This document shows, piece after piece, positions 33,301-43,200 of a stretch of DNA of 52,672 bases. The stretch is from positions 460,893 through 513,564 of the forward strand of contig WELB01000014.1 in NCBI GenBank assembly GCA_009602725.1, written 5' to 3'. Source of the DNA: Spirogloea muscicola (Eukaryota). Each line of letters starts with the position of its first letter. The first letter of the stretch is position 1. The notes under the pieces were generated by a model, which saw only the letters and a program-made list of their open reading frames with translations, made no database searches and was not told where the DNA came from. The translations under genes and the position numbers were made by a program.

Positions 33301-35964
33301 GATGTGCGAGCACAGCTAATGTGCCCTCCTGTGGATGATGCTTGCTGCTGTATGTTGTCTTCAGGGTGCAGCTGCTGCTACAGCACACCACTAGTTTCTG
33401 CAACTAATTGTCTGCCGGAGTTGTGTGTTGCATCAGAACAAACGTCAATCAACTTCTCTGTTGGAACGTGTCTGGACTAGTGGCACAACCAGAGGACATC
33501 AATAACCTGGGCATCTTCCTTGTCATGACCTTCCGCATGTCAGGGCCATCCGACTTCAGGCTTTCCCCTGTCAATTACATTCATTTGTTAGGTTCAAATG
33601 CCTGTGCATACATTATGGAGGCAGCAGAAAACATCATTGGCAATATTGCACAGCAAAACTTCCTGATGGTGCACGATCTAAACCACAACATGGTAATTGC
33701 TCAGGCGACAATGTCAAGCTGTTCAGTAGCGAGGCTGCTTTCAGCATGATAAGAAGCTCAGGCTGATGGTTAGCTTCATCACGAAAGCGTCAACAGAAGG
33801 CCTAAGCCTGCCTCATCACCAATACTAGTTGCTTGCGGAAGTGTGAGATGATGTAGCAGATGTGTAACAGAGGATACTTCAGAAAGCAGTTACTTGGGGA
33901 CAAGGCCCAAGCCAGGCCTTACTTTGCCGAGGCAGCGTGACCTGTTGATTTTCAGTGCCTTTTGTGTGGACTGCAGATGGGCTGGATGCCACAGAACTGC
34001 ACTACCAAAGGGTCATTGACGCCGCCCCTCTCACCTCAGCCCCAACCTCCGCCGACTCCGCCGCCCCTCACAGCTTCGCCACCGCCTCCTCCCCCTCCTC
34101 CCTCAGAGGCGTTCCTTCAGCCGCCTCCCAGTCCTCCACCTCCACCACCGCCACCCAGCAGTTTCCCCCCACCTCCTCCTCTCTCAGTCCCTCCACCTCC
34201 GCCGCCAGAGGCGTCGTCGCCGCCTCCTCCTAGTCCCCTTCCTCCACCACCACCACCCATAGACTCACCACCACCTCCACCGCAGCTCCCTCCCCCAGTC
34301 CCTCCACCTCCACCACCAGAGGCGTCGTCGCCACCTCCTCCTAGTCCCGTTCCTCCACCCACGCCACCCATAGACTCACCACCTCCTCCTCCGCAGCCCC
34401 CTCCCCCAGTCCCTCCACCTCCACCACCGGAGGCGTCGTCGCCACCCCCTCCTAGTCCTTTTGCTCCACCACAGCCACCAACAGAATCTCCCCCACCTCC
34501 TCCGCAGCCCCCTCCCCCAATTCCTCCACCTCCACCACCAGAGGCGTTGTCGCCACCTCCTTCCAATACCCTTCCTCCACCACCAAGACCAAGCGAATCT
34601 CCCCCACCTCCTCCGCAGCCCTCTCCCCCAGTCCCTTCACCTCCACCACCAGTGGAGGCGTCATCGCCACCTCCTGCCAGTCCCCTTCCTCCACCACCGC
34701 CACCAACAGAATCTCCCCCACCTCCTCCGCAGCCCCCTCCCCCAGTCCCTCCACCTCCACCATCAGAGGCGTCGTCGCCATCTCCTTTCAGTACCCTGCC
34801 TCCTCCACCGACACCAAGAGGATCTCCCCCACCTCCTCCGCACCCCTCTCCCCCAGTCCCTCCACCTCCACCACCAGAGGCGTCGTCGCCACCTCCTCCC
34901 AGTCCCCTTCCTCCACCACCGACAGCGAGAGAATCTCCCCCACCTCCTCCGCAGCCCTCTCCCCCATTCCCTCCACCTCCACCGCCAGAGAGGTCGTCGC
35001 CACCCCCTCCCACTTCCCCTCCTCCACCATCACCGCCCAAGTCCCCTCCCCCACCACCTCCTCACCCTCCTCCCCTAGTGCCTCCACCACCACAGGAATC
35101 CTNAACTCCGCTTCAGCCACCTGCTCAACCCCCGCCCACGACTTCATCGCCGCCTCCTTCGTCACCGCCTCCCCTGAGCTCTTTCCCACCAAGCCGGCCC
35201 CCGCCGCCTCCACCGTCCCCTCCCTCACCCCTTCCAGCTCCCCCGCTCGCCCCTTTGCCCTCCCTGCCGCCCCCTCCATCGCCATTGCCGCCTCCTCCTT
35301 CCCCTCCTCCTGTTCCCCAGCCACAGCCTCCGCCCACCGGCCAGCCCCCTCTGCCACTCACCCCCTTCCCCTCGCCTCCTCCCCCTCCTTCCCCGCCTCC
35401 ACCTCTGCCACAGCCGCTCACCTCTCCGTCCCCACCCCCTCCCACTTTCGCGTCTTCCCCGCAAGGTACTTCTCCTCCCCCCCTCCTTCCTTGCCAGCAG
35501 TACCCAAGCCGTCTCTCCTTGCCCTTCTTCCTCCCCCGTGCTTCCGTATTCATTCATTTGCTGAGCACATTACTCCCCCTCCTTGATCATGCACTCGGCT
35601 GCACAGTCTAATCCACAATGTACTGTGTCCTTCTTGTCAGCCTTGCCTGCCATCTTTGTCGATTCTCCTCGCATGGGAAAGTAGCAGAGCACAAATGAAT
35701 ATAGCATCCCGAAGTCCTCACACCACGTGCTAGCGGATATGTACTGACAGGCTTTGGAAGTCATCCTTTGACCCACACTTGTGCACGCCTGACCTTCCTG
35801 CCACCTCCTTATCACAGTCTTCGTGAGGTGATGCAGGAGTCATCGGCCATCACTCGCCAGGAGTAGGGAAGCACCCTCCTGGCACTGGACACCACGCGGC
35901 TGGGGTCGGCCACCACCCCCCTCGTGCTGGGATGCACCCTCCAGGTGTTGGTCACCACAATTGA
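30356..35964 (+). CDS. Secreted A1 (nepenthesin/CDR1-like) aspartic protease fused to an extensin-like Pro-rich repeat and a probable His/Gly/Pro terminal exon
   Basis: Signal peptide LRLVALVVLSLHGALA; prodomain LSLTHIDAPHSPF. Motifs YIAEISIGDPAQPQYLIADTGSDLLWAQ (Asp1), AFGCGHDN, GLIGLGRGPLSFVQQ, TLFDSGTT (Asp2), IIGNIAQQNFLMVHD. A phase-0 splice leads to MGWMPQNC, which continues directly into the SPn repeats. The final exon 35837-35964 is inferred; the unspliced alternative stops at 35611. Confidence 0.85.
34190..35060 (+). repeat. Coding tandem repeat, 111-bp (37-aa) period, about 8 copies, extensin-like
   Basis: The GAG anchor codon of PEASSPPPP recurs at 34208, 34319, 34430, 34541, 34655, 34766, 34877 and 34988 (one 114-bp unit). 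Confidence 0.93.
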
Positions 35965-37602
35965 TGTTATCGTAACGATGAGACATGATGGGTAATCGCT
36001 TAGTATAAGATGACATGATGGATGCTTGGAGAGGCTAGCCAGCTCATCAGATGGGCGGACAAGAAGCTGGTGTGCTTCCTCAAGACAAATGAAGGCTCAA
36101 TGAGGAGTCTGTTCTACGCTGTGGAACTGGCTTGGGAGATGGCGACGAGACTGAACTTTATGGAGGCTGCTCTTTGTGGGGACCTCATTACTTGTAAGCA
36201 TCGGCTAGGAGCTGGATGAATATGCCAGGGTGTGCCTTGCCCCTTGAGAAACCGGCCAGCCCGGGAGCAGGAAAGCACATGGCCAGTAGGTAAAGTTTGT
36301 AAGTAGGTAAGGCCTAAGTGCGAATAAGTGGCTGGCGACGGGCATAGCGTTGCAGACTGTATCTGACGGCACAAGCGAGTGCCTTGGTGGTAAAATTGCC
36401 TTGGTGGTGAGAGAAATATATGCTGAATTGGCAACACCCGCAGGGCGCCAGGAAGTTGGCATGCTGCTGCTAGCGCTCAGATGCGTACGCTCAGATGTTG
36501 ACTTGCTTTGGCCAACAACCTCCATTGGAAAGTCGTGCCATGCCTAGCTAATTCCAAAGACACTGGGCTTCTCACCAGTTATGAACTGCCAAGACAACCA
36601 TGACCAGCAGAGGCGGAAGCAAGAACAGCAGCAGCCTGCTGCAAAGTACAGCTCTACAGCAGGTGAAGTGTGGTGGGGGTCGAATCTGAACCAAGGGAAC
36701 ATTCTCACTAGACTCCGCCGTAGCAGATGGCACCAGCGTCCCTTTATGGCGTGCACACGATATCACCTCAAACACCTCAGGCAAGTACAAGGTTGCGGGC
36801 CAGTCAGTGATGGGCAGATATGTCGAAGAAGCATGTCGAATCCAGGAGCGGTCATGGGAGCGAGGTGCACCATCATCAATGGGGCGGACGGCTGCTGCAT
36901 TGCGAACGTGCTGTGGCCTGGGCGTAAATGCCATACCTGCTTGATCTGTAACGATGCCTTTCATTGAGGTCGGTGGTCGTGTGTGACGAACTCACCCTTT
37001 CACACACATTTAGAGATTAGAACGTCCTTGTTGGATGTGGTCACTGTGAATGTCGAAGCCGAACCCCTACACGGCGAAACACCACGTACACAACACAGTG
37101 GAATGCCTTGCCCTGAGGTGCCGCCGACAGGCGGCGACTGACCTCTCGGGCACAACCAGCAACTGTCCTTCAAAGGGAGCAGCCACCGACTGCTCATGGG
37201 GAGCCGGTGGTGATCTGCAGCGACGGGCTACGGCGACGGGCTGCAGCAACAGGCAGCAGCAGGGCTGCGTCGACGGGCTGCGGCAGCAGGCAGCAGCAGG
37301 GCAGTGCCTCTCTCTCCGCGGCCCTCACTGATCCGGACCGAAGTTTACCGAGTCTGGCATCAGCCCACTACTCATAGTGTTTAATGTGCCACCCTCCCCA
37401 GGGGTCTCGGAAGGCTCGCTTCAAAGCCCACCTCCGGGAAGGCGGGCCGGACGAGGGGGATACTAGTGTAAGTGCTGGTTCGTGAGAACCCGGCCGAGCA
37501 GCTTCCCCTCTGAAAGCAGCGCGCCTGCACGTCACACCGCGTTGCAAGCGCATTCACATCGCATCAAATGCGTGTCTCTACGAGTATGAGGGCAGTTTCG
37601 TG

Positions 37603-37630
37603 GCTTAGGCCTTAGGGATTAGGGCTTAGG
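37603..37630 (+). repeat. Four degenerate telomere-like heptamers (xxTTAGG)
   Basis: gcttagg ccttagg gattagg gcttagg. Confidence 0.5.
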
Positions 37631-38339
37631 CTGTCGCTGCTGCAGCACTTCGGTCAGCAGCGCGCCTACGCGTCACATCGCCTGCAAGCGCGTGACTCCG
37701 CGCGTCACCCGCGCGTCACACGGGCGTCACTCGCGCCCGAGAAGCGTACAATGGGGTACCTGGGGGACGTCGAGCTCCGTCGATGGCGTGAAAGCCGCCG
37801 GCGGCCTGCTCTGCCGCATTCTTTCGCACCCACCTGACAACGTCCTCGGCAAAGGTGAGGCTGCATCGCCGACTGGACACGCCTCTGTACACAGGATCGT
37901 GTGAAGAGTTCCAGGGGCGGCTGCAGGGCGGAGGGAGGCGAACTGGGCCAGCCGGAAGGCGAGCTGAGCGGCGGGGGCGCCGCCATGGCGCCCGCCGGGG
38001 TGCGGGAACAAGCTGCCGCAGCTGGGGTAGGAAGAGATTCCCTGCACTCATTGCCTTTTTTGTCGCGCTCGGGGGGGGGGCCGGATCTTCCGCCTCCGGG
38101 CCTCCCCGAGGAGCCAAGTCTACTCAAAGTCAACCAGCGCGGCCTATCCTCGTCAATGGGACGGGAAGGCACCGTTAGAGGCAGCATTCCCGCGGCCGTC
38201 AGATAGCCTGCAGGCTGGTATTCTTCCTGCTCTGGCTGCTCCTGATGTTGCTCCTAACGTTCACGTCCAGCAGCCTACGCTTCTTGTCTATCCACTCAGA
38301 GTCGTCCACTGGAGAAACAGCTCTTCAAATGTAAGGCAA

Positions 38340-38470
38340 TGGCTGTGAGAGGCCAGCCCAAAGGTAAGTACAAGGCCTGAAAGGGCCGGAAGGTGCAAAA
38401 AGAATAGTAGTATTCTCCAAGACTTCAGCAAGGGGGCGCTCAATAACCTCTAGTCACCACTGGAAGTTCC
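38340..38470 (-). repeat. Degenerate copy of the retroelement ORF end and 3' UTR
   Basis: ggctgtgagaggccagcccaaagg..tacaagg and caagggggcgctcaataacctctagtca are reverse complements of the family motifs. Confidence 0.55.
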
Positions 38471-38500
38471 CGTTTCTCCGAAGGACCAGCAGACCGCCCT

Positions 38501-38944
38501 TGTAACGGCGGTTTAGACGCTGATTGGGTCATGGCGGCACACAGATTCCGACCTTGCACAGATCAGCCACACTGGGACACAGACAGCTGAGGCTCCGCCC
38601 TCACATGTATTTCGGCCTCACACAGAGATCAGCCACAATCTTCTACAAACAGCTGAGACTCCATCCTCACACAGAGAGTGGCAGCCATAGCTAGGGCGCA
38701 CCGGAGGAGCGGTCGGTCCAAAACTCAGATACAGAACTGGGGTTCAAGCCCGATGTGCAGCCCCTGCCCCCGGCCTCCAACCTTCCGGCCCTCATAGCCC
38801 CCTTTAGAAGAGCCCCTATCTGTTTTCCAGACCTTGTTCGCCCCCTTTGGAGGAGCCACTTCCATTTCTTTTCTTTCTGATCTTTCTACACTTTTGGGAG
38901 AGTCACCTCCTTTTGGGCTGCCCTCTCACACACATTTCCTTACA
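38501..38944 (+). mobile_element. Candidate LTR (444 bp)
   Basis: Starts TGTAA and ends TTACA (5-bp terminal inverted repeat). Has internal duplications (agatcagccaca x2; acagctgag.ctcc..cctcaca x2) and is followed by PBS-like tgatggagct. No TSD or second LTR in the window. Confidence 0.4.
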
Positions 38945-40284
38945 CTGATGGAGCTGGACCCTCGGGCATTTTTGGGCTCGCTTTTCACAGCCCTCGCCCC
39001 CGTTGTAAGAGGTAACTTCTTCCACCAGCAACCCGCCTCGGTGTGGCCCCTCCTCGTTTCCAGCTTCGACTTGCGGCTGTTTCGACCAGGCCTTCATTGG
39101 CCATTCGTGATAGCCCCTTCTTATTGCAGAGTGTTTGGCTTTCAGTGTTGGATGTTCCTAGACAATGTCTGTTTTCTCGCTTTCCGGCCACATTGGACAC
39201 TGTCCGGATTCTCTGAGCTGGTAATTGACAGTCACCGCCTCCTTTTTGAAGAGCTTCTCGCTTTGCATTGCGCCTCGTTGAATCTAGAGAAAGTGGACCC
39301 ACTCCCCGTCCACTTGCCTGTTGAGGTAGCTAGTCAAGAGTCCACCGAGCCTTCTCTCCCATGCCATTGATGTTCAGATGTGACATCGGCACAGTGTGAA
39401 GGTTGTAACAAATTGGCAAGGGTGTTGAGAATGACACAAAGCTTATGTACATCTAGCTCCACTTGGAAGGCCCCGTGCGAACAGCCCAGAAGAGATGCAC
39501 AGAAGATGCTAGAGAGTGAATCACCAAAGCAGCCTGCACGTGTGGTGGATGACAAACGCATCTGCATTATCTGGGACTTCCTTTCTTTTGAACTGCCAGG
39601 GGAGCTGTTGTCCTTCATCTAGGGTCGCCTACTTGCCCCTAGCCGAGGCACCATTGATCAGATGCACAATCAAGTCCTCCAGATTGAGCGATGAAACCTG
39701 AATATTCAAGACCGCCATGTACCTTGATGCCAGCAGGACTATGACTTCCACATGCACTATTGGCATTATTAGGGCTCTGCACTTGGGAAGCTGCATGCAA
39801 AAATGGCAGCTTGGTACGATACCACCAGAGATGACGTCTTGGCCTGACAGTGCTGTACTTGCAGCCCACAAAAGAAATAGTCCTTGCAACATTAGGCTGT
39901 TTGCAAATGTAGTGACAGGACTTGGCCTCATCAGCATCTCTTGGGCACAGCATGCAAATTTCTCTGGCAGTATATACAAATAGGTAAAAGACGGCAAGTA
40001 TATCAAGTTGATGTAAGGTAAGTCAATGAGCTCAAAAAATAGTGAGGCTTGCAGCCAACAACCGAAGCAGGTGAAATCAAGGAGCAGCCAACAACCGAAG
40101 CAGGAAAAGAAAGGTCTCTATATTACTTAGACACTAATTGGCAGGAGTGACTGAAAAAGCACAAGATACTAGGCATGCACTCAGCAGCTGGCAAGTTGCC
40201 TTGATGGCTTCTGCTTATCCGGTTGGCTCCTTCACAGTCTGTCATCATTGGCTCGCTGAATAATTTGTCAAGTGAATGTGGAGT

Positions 40285-43200
40285 CTACGGCTGAGGGCGG
40301 GCCTGAACAATGAAAATTTTGCCATCAACCACAGCGCCCTCGACGTCTTGAGGTGCACCCAGCTTGTCCTCCAGGAGCTTGCCCACCTTGGCCAGCTTGC
40401 TGCCCAAGCTCTTCCTTTCGCTCGCATCCAGAGAGAGCTTCTGTTTGCTGTAATCAGCAACCTTCTTCACCATTCGTCCGTCTGCACTGCCCTGCTCCAC
40501 CACGAGCATGTCGCTGAAGTTGGCGAAAGCCAGCGTCTTCACGTCTCCACCATCTTTGCTGGCAGCCAGGCGCCAGGGGGACCCTCTTGTGCCCGACGCC
40601 AGGGTCTCCCCCAATCCTGCCGCAACCTCTGCTTGGACGACTGATGCGTCCCTGTCCACAGGGCTGACAGTGTGAAGGACGAAGGAGAGGTCTGGTTTCA
40701 GGAGCTCTTGCACAAGTACCGCCATGGCAGCCTCCTTCTGGGCAACGTTGGCCACCCTCCTGCTAAGCACAGCCCTGCGCGTGTACAAGGAGGCCCACAC
40801 CTCTGCGACGGCCTTGGCAAACTCCTCAGGCTCGGATGGCCGCACGTTGGGTATGGAGTCATACAGGCCTGCTCCAGACATACCGGCCAAGTCCTCCACA
40901 TTTGCCGAGGACCGAACGATCAGGCGCGCATCCTTTGAGAAATTGTTCCCCACCTCCTTGATGGTAGCAGCAGGCAGCCTCTGGGACGCCACCATGCTTC
41001 GCAGCTCGTCACACACCTGGTCGAGCTCCCCGCCCTCCACCTTGGCCACCTCCGCCTTCTCTACAAGAGCCTCAAACCTCTTCAACGACCCGCTGGCCTC
41101 GAGTGCCTGCTCCATAACCCCAAACGGAATTGCTACTCCAGTAGGTACTTCAAAGGCAGACGAAGGGCCAGTGCCATTTCCACTACCTGCAGAGACAGCG
41201 GCACACAATTGCCAGTATAAGAATAAAAAACAGGAGGCAGGATCAAGCAAGCCAACGGTTGCAGCTCAACACCACAAGGAGGGACCGACCTGAGGTAGCT
41301 TCCAGAGCCAGCCGCGCCAGCTGCCCGCATGCAGATGCCTTGGACCCCGTTGTGTCTGTCCTCGACTCAGCCAGCTGGATGATGCTCCCAGCACTGGCCT
41401 TGGTGACCTGGCTGTGCTGGACGCTACTGCCACCTGCTGCCTCCAGCTCCTGCTTCTTAGAGCCAACCATGGCAAGCTCCGCCTCCTTCGGAGCCGCTGA
41501 GCTGCCCACTCCATCATCAGCGCACACAGTGACGCCCTCGGCTGAAGCCTCTAGCCTGTTTCCTCAAGTGAACCATGTCCACAGTCAGCAGGTCAGTGAC
41601 TTCTTTGAGATCATGACCTTGCTTCAGATACAACATGCGCAGTACTTGCTCCAGTTACAAAAAAAGGAGAGTCCTAATGGCATGGACTAAGACAGCATGG
41701 AGTAAGCATCTATGGAGCTATCTGCTGGCAATGCTTCATGGCCTCAATAACTTTCTGCACTTGGCTGTAGCTGGTCTCCATGTAGGCTTGATCTAGTGCA
41801 TACCTCCAGGTATCCTGGAGGTATGCATTACCAATGACACCTAAGCTAGGATGATGATGATCACAGGCCTTCTAACTTCTTGGCTGACATGTAGCTAACC
41901 AGAAGTAGCCAAGAGCCAGAAGGAGGTACCAGAAGGGCCTCAACACTTTGCTGCTTGCAAGTACCTGACGGATTTGTCTGCTAGGGCCTGAACTTCTGCA
42001 ATCTTCTCCTCATCATCGCACGTGACAAAGACAACTCCCTCCTGCGCAACACATAGCGTAAGGTGAACACAAGGAAGAAGTACTGCTGCAGTACAATACT
42101 TCATGAATTATTGTTTTCAGTGACAAGCGAGCGGCGGGTTTGTGTCAACAATGACATCCAATCTCAGCAAGAGCCAAGGTCACTAGCAGGCTGCATGACC
42201 AATTTTTATGCAAGTACCATCTTAACACATGAGTCAGTAGAGGTTTTTGAGCTTGCTTGCTGTGTCTACGACCACAACTTTGCTATTTATGCTTGACTAG
42301 ATTGCAGTAGCGCTCAGCTGGCACCTGGCGGGCACGGACACCGAGATGAGAAAGGTGGGGAAGCTCCTGGCACAAGATTACCCCAGCCACATTCTCGCCT
42401 GCTGCCTTCACCTGATGAAGCACAGGCCGTGGAGTATGTAAGTGTCTGGCACTCTTTGGGGTGCTTTTGATAGATGGGCGTGGCTGACTTTATTGATACT
42501 TCCTACTCCTATGCATCTGATCCTCATCCAACGGTGTCATCAACTGCCTGATAATGTACACAAGCTATGGCAATTTATCCGCTAAAAAAGAGGATCTTGC
42601 ATACTGACCTCCTCATCACCATCAGCTTCACGTACGAGTAGAATTAATTTATCGCCCCTGGAACTTGCCGGAATGGCCCCTGGAACAATCTTGTCAACCT
42701 AATTGCCAGGAACAATGCTCACCAACATTAACACTTGTGTGGCTAATTTGGTCAAGTGTGTATATACTCAGGCAACAGTTATGGGAGCCCTTTTCAAGGT
42801 GGGCAAGGAACATCTTAGATTTCACAGGTGCACGGACGGAGCATCTCAACTACAAAGAAGTCTGATGCGGTGCTATTGTATATCTTCCAGGAAGCAGATT
42901 GTCACTCCACATAAGCAACCAATACCTTCACAAGCTTGCCAACTGCAGTTCCAGTCATGAGAGCGTCCCAACCCTCCACGCCTGCTACCTGACGGACTGC
43001 TTTCAGCAGCAGCGAGCACAACTTGGCAAGCTGGAAGACCACACTGGAGCAACACAAAATGCGTGATCAGAGCCACTGCCCGAGGATGGCATTCTGAGAG
43101 CAATACCAGTATGGAGAAGTCTGCCAGATATAAAGTATGAATGCTGCGAGCAAGGAGGGTCCATGCAGAAGAAATTGAAACCCTAGGTACAGGGCTTGGC

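Noticed and set aside
34117..35557. Long Gly-rich and Glu/Val-rich minus-strand ORFs and a His-rich plus-strand ORF
   Set aside because: They are shadow frames of the Pro-rich tandem repeat.
36780..36860. LLDSTCFF on the minus strand as a degenerate retroviral protease motif
   Set aside because: Surrounded by stops, with no supporting gag, RT or integrase motifs.
40051..40104. 21-bp direct repeat gcagccaacaaccgaagcagg x2 near the PWD 3' end (similar short duplications at 16325-16415)
   Set aside because: Two copies only; consistent with ordinary slippage duplication.
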